Shown: positions 8,457 through 18,052, counted from the first letter of the stretch. The stretch: DNA of 58,829 nucleotides from a virus (IMGVR_UViG_3300037247_000927:1-58829), one strand, 5' to 3'. Numbers and translations: made by a program. Notes: generated by a model from the letters alone, not told the origin.

Positions 8457-8520
8457 TATAAAGGTAATATAGATATATAACTATATAATATATAAGGTAA
8501 TAGTATGAAATACTATTTGC
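8457..8520. other. AT-rich tract with direct and inverted repeats; candidate replication origin
   Basis: Nearly pure A/T tract, AAGGTAATA twice, palindrome AATAGTAT-GAA-ATACTATT (8499-8517). Confidence 0.35.
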
Positions 8521-8542
8521 AAATTTTCATCAGGAGAATCAA

Positions 8543-9409
8543 ATGAAAAGACTCTGTATTTATCATGGTAATTGTGCTGATGGGTTTGCTGCTGCATACG
8601 CAATGCAGGTTGCATTTGATCCAAGCACTATTGAATTTCATGCTGGCGTTTACGGAGACGAACCACCAGATGTAACTAACCGCCATGTTTACCTTGTAGA
8701 TTTCTCTTACAAGCGTGATGTGCTAATTGAAATGGCAGCGAAGGCTGTGAGTATTTTGATTCTTGATCATCACCAAAGCGCTGAGGCTGAGCTTGTCGAT
8801 TTGCCAGGTAACGTCGAAACAGTATTTGATATGACCCGGAGTGGCGCAGTAATAACTTGGGATTATTTTCTGCCTGCCTTAAAAATACCGCCATTGTTTT
8901 TCCACATAATGGACCGTGACTTGTGGAGATTTAAGCTTCCGGCCACGCGAGAAATAATGGCATGTCTCAGCTCGTACCCTTATGACTTTGATGTTTGGTC
9001 CGACCTTATGGATTTCGATATGGAGTTTTTGCGTAGAGGTGGCGAATCAATCAATCGTAAGCAACTAAAAGATATTAACGAATTGATCGAGGCAAATGCG
9101 CACCGCATAGTCATTGCAGGCCATGACGTTCCCGGCCTGAACGGGCCTTACATGTGGGCTTCAGACGCTTGTCATATCATGGCCAAGGGTGAGCCGTTTG
9201 CTGCATGCTATTGCGATACAGGGGAGGGCAGAGTATTCCAGCTCCGTTCTGCTGATGGTGGCATGAATGTGGCTGAGATTGCAAAACTCTTTGGTGGTGG
9301 CGGCCATGAACATGCTGCTGGCTTCAGTGTGCCGCACCATACAGGTCTTATTTTTATTGAACCACCGATTGAATCAACAGAAATATTAGGAGAAACAAAT
9401 GTCACATAA
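8543..9409 (+). CDS. DHH/DHHA1 phosphoesterase (nanoRNase-like)
   Basis: YHGNCADG, VDFS, LDHH, DRDLW, GGGGHEHAAGF. Confidence 0.92.
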   Translation: MKRLCIYHGNCADGFAAAYAMQVAFDPSTIEFHAGVYGDEPPDVTNRHVYLVDFSYKRDVLIEMAAKAVSILILDHHQSAEAELVDLPGNVETVFDMTRSGAVITWDYFLPALKIPPLFFHIMDRDLWRFKLPATREIMACLSSYPYDFDVWSDLMDFDMEFLRRGGESINRKQLKDINELIEANAHRIVIAGHDVPGLNGPYMWASDACHIMAKGEPFAACYCDTGEGRVFQLRSADGGMNVAEIAKLFGGGGHEHAAGFSVPHHTGLIFIEPPIESTEILGETNVT

Positions 9410-10820
9410 AATCATTAAACTTACAGCCGAGAACATCAAGAAGCTCAGGGCTGTTGAGATCACGCCAGATGGCGATGTCGTTAAAATATCAGGTGCAAAT
9501 TCTGCTGGCAAAACCAGTGTACTTGATTCAATTTTGTTCGCGCTTGCAGGCAAAAATGCCATACCTGATAAACCCATTCGTGAGGGCGAGGATTCCGCGT
9601 TTGTTGAATTGAACCTGGGTGATCTGATCGTCAAGCGCCGGTTCACTCCTGGCGGCTCTACGTTATCAGTTGAGAATGCTGAGGGTGCGGTCTTCAAATC
9701 ACCACAATCCATGCTCGATGACATGATGGGTAAGCTCTCATTTGATCCTATGAAGTTTTTACAGCTCAGCAGGAAAGAACAGTTCGATGAGTTGTTGACC
9801 CTGGTTGATGTCAAGATTGATTTGTCTGAGCTGGATGAAAAGCGGCAGTCTCTTTATGAAGAACGCACTATTGTTAACCGTGAAGGCAAGGCAGTAAAGA
9901 CGCGACTGGAAGCGATACCAAAGATCGAGAATGCTCCCGATGCTGATATTGATATCGTTGTGCTGGCTGAAGAGATATCACAGGCCGAAGCTGGAAACCG
10001 CGAGCTTGATAATGTGCTGGTTAAGATTGGAGGCGATAAAGTCTCAAAGCAGCGCTTTAGTGGTGAGCTTGACGTTTTTCGTCGTGGTATAGATTCTCTT
10101 GAAGAAGAAACAAAAGACAAAGAAAAAATTGACATTGAGAAAATGCGGACAGAGCTTAATGAAACAGTTGCCAAGTTAACTCAGCAGATATCTGAGGCTG
10201 AAAACAGCAACAACGAGCTACAAACCAATCTTTCTAGTCTTGATAGCAGAAAAGCAGCGGCCTTGGACCTTGAGGTTCGAATCAATGCGCTGGACCAAAG
10301 GATTAACCAGTTCGAAAAAGAGACTGGTAGCAAGGAAAAGGTTGATACCACTGAGCTGGTAATAAAGCTCAATAATGCAAACAAAATCAATAATGATTAT
10401 CGTGCAAGCCAAGAGCGTATCGCTATTGTAGACGCTGTGAAGGTGAAGATTGTCGAAAGCAATAACCTGACCAGCGAGATTGAAAAGATCGACGAGAAGA
10501 AGAGTGAGGCCCTTTCAGTGGTTAAGTTCCCTGTTGATGGTCTGAGCCTGGGTGATGGTGAAATTACTTACAATGATATCCCGCTTGATCAGGCCTCAAT
10601 GTCAGAGCAGATGCGTGTTTCAATCGGGATTGCGATGGCTGCAAATCCAGATATCCGCGTAATCCGGATCACTGATGCCAGCCTGTTTGATTCATCGACT
10701 ATGAAGATGGTTGAAGAAATGGCAAAAACTGATGACTACCAGATATGGATGGAGATCGTCGATGAATCTGGCAAGGTTGGTATTTACATTGAAGACGGCT
10801 CAGTTTCAAAGGTGAACTGA
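9399..10820 (+). CDS. SMC/SbcC/RecF-like ABC ATPase with central coiled coil
   Basis: GANSAGKTS Walker A, long coiled coil, degenerate signature ASMSEQ, IRITDASLFD Walker B/D-loop region. Confidence 0.88.
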   Translation: MSHKIIKLTAENIKKLRAVEITPDGDVVKISGANSAGKTSVLDSILFALAGKNAIPDKPIREGEDSAFVELNLGDLIVKRRFTPGGSTLSVENAEGAVFKSPQSMLDDMMGKLSFDPMKFLQLSRKEQFDELLTLVDVKIDLSELDEKRQSLYEERTIVNREGKAVKTRLEAIPKIENAPDADIDIVVLAEEISQAEAGNRELDNVLVKIGGDKVSKQRFSGELDVFRRGIDSLEEETKDKEKIDIEKMRTELNETVAKLTQQISEAENSNNELQTNLSSLDSRKAAALDLEVRINALDQRINQFEKETGSKEKVDTTELVIKLNNANKINNDYRASQERIAIVDAVKVKIVESNNLTSEIEKIDEKKSEALSVVKFPVDGLSLGDGEITYNDIPLDQASMSEQMRVSIGIAMAANPDIRVIRITDASLFDSSTMKMVEEMAKTDDYQIWMEIVDESGKVGIYIEDGSVSKVN

Positions 10821-10821
10821 C

Positions 10822-11142
10822 ATGGGCGTGTATACAGTGGTTGGTTCGGGTGATTTAATTGACTTTGAAGACCGTGTGAATGCCGCGCTTAATTATGGTT
10901 ATATTCTTCATGGTGGGATGGTGGTTGAGCAAGTCACCAAATGGGTGGAAGGAATGGATGGCAATGAGCAGGAGTTAGGTAGTTATTACCTGCAAGCCAT
11001 GTACAAACCTCCCACAACAGATGAGAAAAACTCAATCATTATGCATGCCAAGGAATTTGCGCTCTCATTATGGGCAGATGAAAACGATGCATTTGAGCCT
11101 GCATGGAAACAAGCAGTAGAAATCGCGGAACCTCAAGGGTGA
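10822..11142 (+). CDS. DUF1737-like small protein
   Basis: FEDRVNAALNYGYILHGG...YLQAM. Confidence 0.55.
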   Translation: MGVYTVVGSGDLIDFEDRVNAALNYGYILHGGMVVEQVTKWVEGMDGNEQELGSYYLQAMYKPPTTDEKNSIIMHAKEFALSLWADENDAFEPAWKQAVEIAEPQG

Positions 11143-11148
11143 ATTGAT

Positions 11149-11373
11149 ATGGATAGAAATCAACATTTAAAATGGTGCAAAGATCGTGCGCTGGAATATG
11201 TAATTGTAGGCGACAATGAGCAAGCAATAGCATCAATGGCAAGCGATCTTGGTAAGCATCCAGATATATTGTCAGCGGTGGAAATATGCTTAGGTTTTGG
11301 TATGGAATTGTTGACTTCCGGAAAGCTAAACAGTACAGAAAAGATGCGTATTTTTATTAATGGGTTTAATTGA
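11149..11373 (+). CDS. Hypothetical phage protein
   Basis: MDRNQHLKWCKDRALEY...SDLGKHP...FINGFN. Confidence 0.7.
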   Translation: MDRNQHLKWCKDRALEYVIVGDNEQAIASMASDLGKHPDILSAVEICLGFGMELLTSGKLNSTEKMRIFINGFN

Positions 11374-11374
11374 T

Positions 11375-12319
11375 ATGAAAATTGCATACATAGAAAAAAG
11401 CTTTCGGCCAGGGACGATGCAGATGATTGATAAAGCCAATATCATCATCAGAGAATTTTCTCGCATGGGTTTATATCTCACGCTCAGGCAGCTTTACTAC
11501 CAGTTTGTTAGCCGTGGCATGTTTCCTGAAGACAGACGATGGGCATGGACAGGCTCAAAATGGGTTCGTGACCCTGAAGGAACGAAGAACGCGCCACCAA
11601 ACTATAAGTGGCTTGGAACCATTATTCGTGATGCGCGGCTGGCTGGTCTGATCGACTGGAAAGCCATTGAGGACCGGACAAGAAAGCCTGTCATCCGGGA
11701 TCACACGGAATCCGCTGAAGAAGCTGTAAAGGGTCTTGAAAATAAAGTAGATAAAGATCGTTGGGCCGACCAGGATGTGGCGGTGGAAGTATGGATTGAA
11801 AAGGATGCTTTGACCGGCGTAATCCGTAAGCCCTGTGGGCGTTGGGATGTACCGTATTTTGCATGTAAAGGGTATAACAGTTCATCAGCGGCATGGCTGG
11901 CAGGACAGCGCGTCTTGCAGCGTGACAAACCAACTGTGATTCTGCACTTGGGCGACCATGACCCAAGCGGCATTGACATGACTAACGATACGATCAAACG
12001 GTTTGATATGTTCACTGGCGGAAAGGCTTCGGTGGATAGGATTGCGCTTAACATGGATCAGATTGAGGAATTCGACCCGCCATCAGACCCAGCCAAGATG
12101 GGTGACAGCCGCTCACATGGATATGTAGAGCAGTTTGGGTATGAGTGTTGGGAGCTGGACGCTCTAAACCCTCAAGACATGCAATCTCTGATCGAGGGAA
12201 AGATCAAAGAATATATCGACTTCGATAAATGGGGTGCCACTGCTGAAATTGAATTTGAAGAAAACAGGGTTTTGGATGAGCTGATATTTGCTTGGCCAAG
12301 AATCCGTAACACATTGTGA
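11375..12319 (+). CDS. Topo VI-A/JetD-like winged-helix plus Toprim protein
   Basis: TLRQLYYQ, EVWIEKDAL, LGDHDPSGIDM, WELDAL. Confidence 0.85.
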   Translation: MKIAYIEKSFRPGTMQMIDKANIIIREFSRMGLYLTLRQLYYQFVSRGMFPEDRRWAWTGSKWVRDPEGTKNAPPNYKWLGTIIRDARLAGLIDWKAIEDRTRKPVIRDHTESAEEAVKGLENKVDKDRWADQDVAVEVWIEKDALTGVIRKPCGRWDVPYFACKGYNSSSAAWLAGQRVLQRDKPTVILHLGDHDPSGIDMTNDTIKRFDMFTGGKASVDRIALNMDQIEEFDPPSDPAKMGDSRSHGYVEQFGYECWELDALNPQDMQSLIEGKIKEYIDFDKWGATAEIEFEENRVLDELIFAWPRIRNTL

Positions 12320-12330
12320 GTTGAAACATA

Positions 12331-12600
12331 ATGGAATTTGAACATGGCAGGTACATTGGGACGATTCAGTTAAGAGAAACGCATAAAGGCTTGCCGCTTA
12401 AACCAAAAGTTAAAGATGTGCTGGACGGGAAAACAATGGAGTTCACTTATTGTTGGACCTGTGAACCAGACGAAAAATATGCGGGAGAATGTGCTATGGA
12501 ACCAAGCGTATGCAATAAAGATGACTCCGACAGAGAGCTATTCCGCGAGGCTGATATTTTGTGGATTGCAAGCGGTGATGTTAAATGGGCGGGGGAATGA
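12331..12600 (+). CDS. Hypothetical protein
   Basis: Operon position. Confidence 0.6.
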   Translation: MEFEHGRYIGTIQLRETHKGLPLKPKVKDVLDGKTMEFTYCWTCEPDEKYAGECAMEPSVCNKDDSDRELFREADILWIASGDVKWAGE

Positions 12601-12601
12601 G

Positions 12602-12784
12602 ATGGATTTTATGAGTGGTAATTGGCCGCCAAATTGCGCTGTTTGTGGAAGATTCCATGACCCTTCAGATGAGGGCGCTATCTCGGAAACCATCTATACA
12701 GGCGGACCAATACCAGAGCCAGATCACGAAGAGTTTGTTTGTGCTGACTGTGCCGTTAAAGAAAATGCAAAAACAGAAGGATGA
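12602..12784 (+). CDS. Small Zn-finger protein
   Basis: CAVCG...CADC. Confidence 0.55.
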   Translation: MDFMSGNWPPNCAVCGRFHDPSDEGAISETIYTGGPIPEPDHEEFVCADCAVKENAKTEG

Positions 12785-13019
12785 CATTCGCCGGTATAGC
12801 TGCCTTGGAATCGCTAATGCCAGGGTGATGATGTTCAGCGATCCGGATAAACGTAGGCTTTTCCGCAAGCAAGTCAGATACATTAATTGGTTCGTAAAGA
12901 AGGAATTAAGACGGCAAGTAGCGATTCATATTTCTACATGTTACGCGCTAAAAAACGGTTGGTCATACGCAAAGTACCAGAAAGCACTGATCATCTGGAA
13001 CAATCACATTCAGGAGTAG
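12765..13019 (+). CDS. Hypothetical basic protein
   Basis: Overlapping operon packing; probable start MQKQKDD. Confidence 0.5.
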   Translation: MQKQKDDIRRYSCLGIANARVMMFSDPDKRRLFRKQVRYINWFVKKELRRQVAIHISTCYALKNGWSYAKYQKALIIWNNHIQE

Positions 13020-13023
13020 AACA

Positions 13024-13440
13024 ATGACGATCAAACATACGATTACTTCACTCATGTCTCTGGATCAGGCTGAAAAAATCAGCATATCAAAAGACGATGA
13101 ACTTGAATTGTTGCGAGATTTTTGGGTATATGTCAGCACTCATGACAGGCAGTACGTTCTTGCAATAGTCGATAGTGGTGATGCAGCAAAAAGAATTATA
13201 GATTATCTTAATGAAAAGTGCGGTAAATCATTCAGGCCGGTGGCTGCGAACATGAAAATGATCAAGGCACGTCTCAAGGAGTTTAGTGAGGATGATCTGC
13301 TGAAAATGATCACTCATAAATGCAATGAATGGATGTTCACTGACATGGAAAAATATCTCAGGCCAGCGACTCTTTTTAATGCGACAAAGGCCGCGCAGTA
13401 TGTGGGCGAAATTGAGGATGATAGTGCTACTGGCTTCTAA
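13024..13440 (+). CDS. Replication protein with conserved phage C-terminal domain (Phg_2220_C-like)
   Basis: IIDYLNEKCGKSFR...IKARLKE...KYLRPATLF. Confidence 0.85.
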   Translation: MTIKHTITSLMSLDQAEKISISKDDELELLRDFWVYVSTHDRQYVLAIVDSGDAAKRIIDYLNEKCGKSFRPVAANMKMIKARLKEFSEDDLLKMITHKCNEWMFTDMEKYLRPATLFNATKAAQYVGEIEDDSATGF

Positions 13441-13460
13441 AACAAAAACGGATAACAATA

Positions 13461-15275
13461 ATGAAGAACTTGACTGCGGCGGATATCGCCAAGGCGCTTG
13501 CTGAGAACGTAGAAACTGTTTGTAGATACTTACTCCCAAATGGTGTCCTGAAGGCCGGTGAATGGTGCGCGGGCGACCCTCATGGCTCAGCAGGAAATAG
13601 CTGTAAGGTCAGAGTAAGTGGATCGAAAGCCGGGGTATGGTCTGACTTCAATGGTGGACAGAGCGGTGACTTACTTGATCTTTGGTCGGCCAATAAGAAC
13701 ATAAGCATTGCTGAAGCCATGAAAGAAGCCAAGGCATACTTGGGTATTTCCGAACCTGAAACTTTTCATACCAAACCCAAGCTACAGTTTGCAAAACCAA
13801 AGAAACCAAAGAGTCTTGCAAAGCTGGGTTCAGTTTTATCCGACTGGTTTGCAAAGCGAAAGATAACACCTGAAACCCTGAAGATTTATCGTGTCGCTGA
13901 AGCTGGTGGTGCAATAGTTTATCAACACATCATAGATAATAAGCTTGTCAGCATCAGATACCGTAAGCTTCCAAAAGATTTCAGCAACTCAACCAACACA
14001 GCTCATACGTTGTGGGGGTGGCACACGCTCTCTGAGAGGTCTAGGAGTGTTGTAATCTGTGAGGGTTATGAGGATGCTATGTCATGGAGGGAATACGGCA
14101 TTGAGGCGCTCTCTGTACCGTTTGGTGCTGGTACTGGTAACAAGCACCAGTGGATTGATCACGACTATGAACGGCTACAGCAGTTTGATCGTATTTATAT
14201 CAGCATGGATATGGACGAAGCTGGCCTTGGGTGTGTTGAAGAGATAGCCACGCGCCTTGGGAATTACCGATGCTTTGTTGTTGAACTGCCAAAGAAAGAC
14301 TGCAATGACTGTTTGATTGCTGGTATTGCTAAAGATGTTATTGCGGATACGATTAAAAACGCCAAAGCTATTGACCCAAAGCATTTACGAAGAGCTGATT
14401 CATATCTTGATCAGACGATCAGATTATTTTTTCCGACCAGTGATTATGAGGCTGGATTTTCTCTACCCTGGTCGCATTCTGGCAACTTGATATTCAGACC
14501 GGGTGAGCTGATAGTCCACACTGGATTTAACGGGTCTGGAAAGTCTCAGTGGGTGAATTATCTGGAAATACTCATGATGAATGCTGGCTACAAGTGCGCT
14601 ACTGCTTCGATGGAATTTCAACCCAAGCGACTACTGCACAGGATGGTCAAGCAAATCACCGGCATAGGTACACCAACAGAGGCCTACATTAAAGAATCAT
14701 TTCAGTGGCTTGACGGTAAGTTTTGGTTGTTTGGTGCTACCGGAAACGATAAAGCCGGAAATCTTTTAGATACAATGCTTTATGCCAGAAAGAGGTACGG
14801 CGTTGAGGTTTTTATTATTGACAGCTTCATGAAGTGCGGGATCAATGAAGAAGATTATGACGGCCAAAAGAAATTTATGGATCAGCTTTCTGATTTCAAG
14901 AATGATTTCGAGTGTCAGATACATTTGGTTGTGCATCAACGCAAGCCTGCTAATGTGAATGAAGTCAAAGCAACTCCGAGCAAGTTTGGGATCAAGGGAT
15001 CAGGTTCAATATCTGATTTGCCGGATACAATTGTTCTGATTAATCGGAATAAGAAAAAAGAGTTTCAGGTTAATAAGATTCTCAGCAACAACAGAAGTAT
15101 GACCGGCATTGATATTCCCAAGGAATTAAAGAATATGCCTGATGTTTATGTTAACTGTGACAAGCAACGCAATGGAGACTGGGAAGGCGGCTTTGGTCTG
15201 CATTTTAATACTGGGAACTATCAATACAAACAATATTACAGAGAAAAAAATAGGGATTTTCTTCAGCATGGATAA
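13461..15275 (+). CDS. Primase-helicase (Toprim plus SF4 helicase, T7 gp4/Twinkle-like)
   Basis: ICEGYEDAMS, DMDEAG, KDCND; RPGEL...GFNGSGKS, IIDS, LVVH, IKGSGSI, KQRNG. Confidence 0.95.
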   Translation: MKNLTAADIAKALAENVETVCRYLLPNGVLKAGEWCAGDPHGSAGNSCKVRVSGSKAGVWSDFNGGQSGDLLDLWSANKNISIAEAMKEAKAYLGISEPETFHTKPKLQFAKPKKPKSLAKLGSVLSDWFAKRKITPETLKIYRVAEAGGAIVYQHIIDNKLVSIRYRKLPKDFSNSTNTAHTLWGWHTLSERSRSVVICEGYEDAMSWREYGIEALSVPFGAGTGNKHQWIDHDYERLQQFDRIYISMDMDEAGLGCVEEIATRLGNYRCFVVELPKKDCNDCLIAGIAKDVIADTIKNAKAIDPKHLRRADSYLDQTIRLFFPTSDYEAGFSLPWSHSGNLIFRPGELIVHTGFNGSGKSQWVNYLEILMMNAGYKCATASMEFQPKRLLHRMVKQITGIGTPTEAYIKESFQWLDGKFWLFGATGNDKAGNLLDTMLYARKRYGVEVFIIDSFMKCGINEEDYDGQKKFMDQLSDFKNDFECQIHLVVHQRKPANVNEVKATPSKFGIKGSGSISDLPDTIVLINRNKKKEFQVNKILSNNRSMTGIDIPKELKNMPDVYVNCDKQRNGDWEGGFGLHFNTGNYQYKQYYREKNRDFLQHG

Positions 15276-15290
15276 ATTAGGAGAATCATC

Positions 15291-15773
15291 ATGGAATGTG
15301 TTATAGGTATTGATCCTGGTATCAGTGGTGCTATCGCTTGTATCGGTATTAATGGAGAATTTATCTCCGTACATGACATGCCAACAGTTCCTGATGGAAA
15401 ATCAGACAAAAGGCGGGTAGCTATTTTTGGGCTCAGAAGCATTCTCGAAGACCTGAATCCAAAACACATCTACATCGAGCGTGTCAGGGGAATGAACAAG
15501 GGCGGCACAAAGCAGGGCGCTTCCAGGTCATTTAATTTTGGTATGTCGTATGGGATTGTCAGGGCTGTGGCCAAACTGAACAACCCAATGTCATATGATA
15601 TTGAAGTGCAGAGCTGGAAGAGATACTTTAAACTCTGGGGAAAGCATAAAAGGGACGGGCTTGTGCTGGCCAGGAAGATGTATCCGGAAGCTGAGTTACA
15701 TCTTATAAAACACCAGGACAGGGCAGATGCTTTATTAATTGCACGATATGGATTAGTGAAAATTCATGGTTGA
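15291..15773 (+). CDS. RuvC-like Holliday junction resolvase
   Basis: IGIDPGISGA, YIERV, FNFG, WKR, DRADALLIA. Confidence 0.9.
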   Translation: MECVIGIDPGISGAIACIGINGEFISVHDMPTVPDGKSDKRRVAIFGLRSILEDLNPKHIYIERVRGMNKGGTKQGASRSFNFGMSYGIVRAVAKLNNPMSYDIEVQSWKRYFKLWGKHKRDGLVLARKMYPEAELHLIKHQDRADALLIARYGLVKIHG

Positions 15774-16293
15774 AGAAAAATATATTGCACCCAAAGAGGG
15801 TAGCGCTATTGGCACTTATCTTGAGACTCAAAGACATAACCGCAAGGCCTTACGCACTCATATAAAAGAGATTGATCTAAGGTCTGAGAATTACGATATT
15901 TTGTGCATGGATTATTCTGTTGAGCGTGTCTGTGAGGGAATTCTAAACGGCATAACTGCACAAGAGATCGCTGAAGACATTGGCATTCCCATTTACTTCA
16001 TGATGCGCTGGCTCAGGAGTGACCCAACACGTCATGCCTTATTCAGTTCATCATTCAAAGATTATGCGCTTGTTCTCAGGACCGACACAATTAAGGATGT
16101 TGAAGAGAGACCTGATACCACCATTGAGGCAAGCCACATGAAAACAAAGTCAACTACAAAACTCAGGGTTGCTGATTCACTTGATCCGCCAGATGTTAAG
16201 GGTGGTGGCGGTGCTTCCGTTTCAATTCACCTGGGGTTCATAACACCGGCAGAAGATGCCAAGGTTATTGAAGTAGAAGAGGTCGAGGGTTGA
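15766..16293 (+). CDS. Probable terminase small subunit (Sf6-like HTH plus helical hairpin)
   Basis: VCEGILNGITAQEIAEDIGIP..MMRWL HTH, helical core, C-terminal SVSIHLG strand. Confidence 0.6.
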   Translation: MVEEKYIAPKEGSAIGTYLETQRHNRKALRTHIKEIDLRSENYDILCMDYSVERVCEGILNGITAQEIAEDIGIPIYFMMRWLRSDPTRHALFSSSFKDYALVLRTDTIKDVEERPDTTIEASHMKTKSTTKLRVADSLDPPDVKGGGGASVSIHLGFITPAEDAKVIEVEEVEG

Positions 16294-16343
16294 TCCAACT
16301 ATCCGGTAAAATCGGACAGTTCAATTATTAAACATCAGTCATG

Positions 16344-16377
16344 AAAAAAGGCCGGAGACTTTTGCCCCGGCCTTTTT
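16344..16377. terminator. Bidirectional intrinsic terminator between convergent operons
   Basis: AAAAAA-GGCCGG...CCGGCC-TTTTT. Confidence 0.9.
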
Positions 16378-16409
16378 CTATTCTTTACCTGGTTCTACAG
16401 GTTATTTTC

Positions 16410-16589
16410 TCAAGTTTGAATCAGTAGTGAACCTGGTCTAAGTCGCGTCTTGGTGTACCTGCTGTTCGTATCAGGAACCAGTCGTGAGTTAATTGCCAAG
16501 GTCAACTGACCGCCACTGACTATGGGTTGAGTAAGCTCCAGAAGGATCACCTCCTGAGAATAATTCTCCGGCACCAGGGCAATTTTCAT
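16410..16589 (-). CDS. Hypothetical 59-aa protein (not in the ORF track)
   Basis: MKIALVPENYSQEVILLE...LIQT*; ATGA overlap with the upstream ORF. Confidence 0.4.
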   Translation of the reverse strand: MKIALVPENYSQEVILLELTQPIVSGGQLTLAINSRLVPDTNSRYTKTRLRPGSLLIQT

Positions 16590-16774
16590 TTCACTATATT
16601 TGTCTGTGGTCTGGTGAACAACGGAGTCACCAGTTTGGTTTGACTTGATAAAGCCAAGGTTGGCAGACTCCTGGTAGAGGCTACGTACTGGGGCTGAGTA
16701 TCAGCCATGACCGGGGAAAGACCCACAAGGACCAAGAAGGCCACAGTGAGCAGGTATGCAAAGCATTTCTTCAT
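16586..16774 (-). CDS. Small exported protein with signal peptide
   Basis: MKKCFAYLLTVAFLVLVGLSPVMA-D. Confidence 0.6.
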   Translation of the reverse strand: MKKCFAYLLTVAFLVLVGLSPVMADTQPQYVASTRSLPTLALSSQTKLVTPLFTRPQTNIVK

Positions 16775-16840
16775 TTACTTATCCTCTTATAGTGATTAAA
16801 CATTAGAGAGCATTAAATATACCAACAAACCCCTGCGCTC

Positions 16841-17218
16841 TCAAGCAGGAGAATCATTTGATTTTGTTTCGCTTGTCAATTTCTCATATAAAAGCACATC
16901 TTCAATGACCCTGGATATGCAGACTTGCAGCTCATGGGGTTTTGAGATAATTGCCTGAAGCGCCATTGTTTTGTCTGACTTAATGATGATCCTGTTATCT
17001 GTCAGAATAAAATTCCTGATATGAATAGGCACAGCCTTGATTGCCTTTTCAAATTCGTCGGACTTCAGAGCCTTTAGATTCTTGGATCGCGGACGGCTCA
17101 CGTAATAAGCAAAGTCTTTCCGGTAGGCTTTATCATCTTCACCATACATAGGGTGTGATGACATTAAATTGACTTTTGACTGGGCAAGCTCGATCAACAT
17201 TTCAGTGATGCGATTCAT
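16841..17218 (-). CDS. Hypothetical protein
   Basis: GGAGG RBS before the ATG at 17218. Confidence 0.65.
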   Translation of the reverse strand: MNRITEMLIELAQSKVNLMSSHPMYGEDDKAYRKDFAYYVSRPRSKNLKALKSDEFEKAIKAVPIHIRNFILTDNRIIIKSDKTMALQAIISKPHELQVCISRVIEDVLLYEKLTSETKSNDSPA

Positions 17219-17310
17219 GAGAATATCCTCCAGATCACAACCAAGACGAAAACAATCCCAACAGCAATAAAAAGCCCTGTGGTTAACCAGGATATTTGAT
17301 GTCTTCTCAT
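17215..17310 (-). CDS. 31-aa single-pass membrane peptide
   Basis: MRRHQISWLTTGLFIAVGIVFVLVVIWRIFS; ATGA-coupled at both ends. Confidence 0.55.
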   Translation of the reverse strand: MRRHQISWLTTGLFIAVGIVFVLVVIWRIFS

Positions 17311-17555
17311 TCGACCAGCCCAAGGGCAATGGCCGCTTCCCTGTAGATTTCAATTGACTTATCTTCGCAAGTGACCGTCACCATGTCATCTTCAGATGGT
17401 GGTGGTGATGATTCAAATAGTGGTGGTGGTGAAAACTTCTTATCAGCCAAGTCACAAGCAAAACATAAGCCGTCTATGATCGGGACCGCAACCAAACCGC
17501 ATGTATTACACAGTGGCAATAGATTATCTGTTCCGTTTTTTTCAACCATTTTCAT
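17307..17555 (-). CDS. Small Zn-finger protein
   Basis: CNTCG...CFAC; GGAG RBS near MKMVEK. Confidence 0.55.
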   Translation of the reverse strand: MKMVEKNGTDNLLPLCNTCGLVAVPIIDGLCFACDLADKKFSPPPLFESSPPPSEDDMVTVTCEDKSIEIYREAAIALGLVE

Positions 17556-17715
17556 TCTCCAGCTCTTTGAGTATTTTTCTGGCAAGCTCTGGGTCCATGT
17601 GGATTCTTGTCTCCAATTCATGACATCCGTCACAATGCATGGTCCCAGTCATGGGTGTATCAGTTCCGCACAACTCACACGGAACAACCTCTCTTCCAAA
17701 TTGGTCAGTTTTCAT
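17542..17715 (-). CDS. 57-aa Zn-finger protein (not in the ORF track)
   Basis: MKTDQFGREVVPCELCG...HCDGCHEL; AGGAG RBS. Confidence 0.65.
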   Translation of the reverse strand: MKTDQFGREVVPCELCGTDTPMTGTMHCDGCHELETRIHMDPELARKILKELENENG

Positions 17716-18052
17716 TGGTTTCTCCTTTTGGTTGGCGAAATCTTAATGGCGGGATGTGTCCAGGGAACTTGGCAACATCGGCATATCTAATGGCGCTCAT
17801 CAGCGCAATGTAATCAGGATATTCTTCGCCAAGGCGTTTGTAGTTTTCAATCCTTTCCATAAAGCTGGATATAGTCAATAGCTCATACTTTTCACAAATC
17901 AAGGCCAGGGCTCTTTTAATATACCGGCCTGATAATTCATCAATCAAATAAAATCTTTTGTATAAAGTGATCAACCTCTTTGTGGGGTCGCTGCTTTTGC
18001 AGGCTCGCACGAAAAGCATATCGAGTTTACTCATGATCTTTTCTTGGGTCAT
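17705..18052 (-). CDS. Hypothetical protein
   Basis: 115-aa ORF with AAGGA RBS. Confidence 0.65.
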   Translation of the reverse strand: MTQEKIMSKLDMLFVRACKSSDPTKRLITLYKRFYLIDELSGRYIKRALALICEKYELLTISSFMERIENYKRLGEEYPDYIALMSAIRYADVAKFPGHIPPLRFRQPKGETNEN

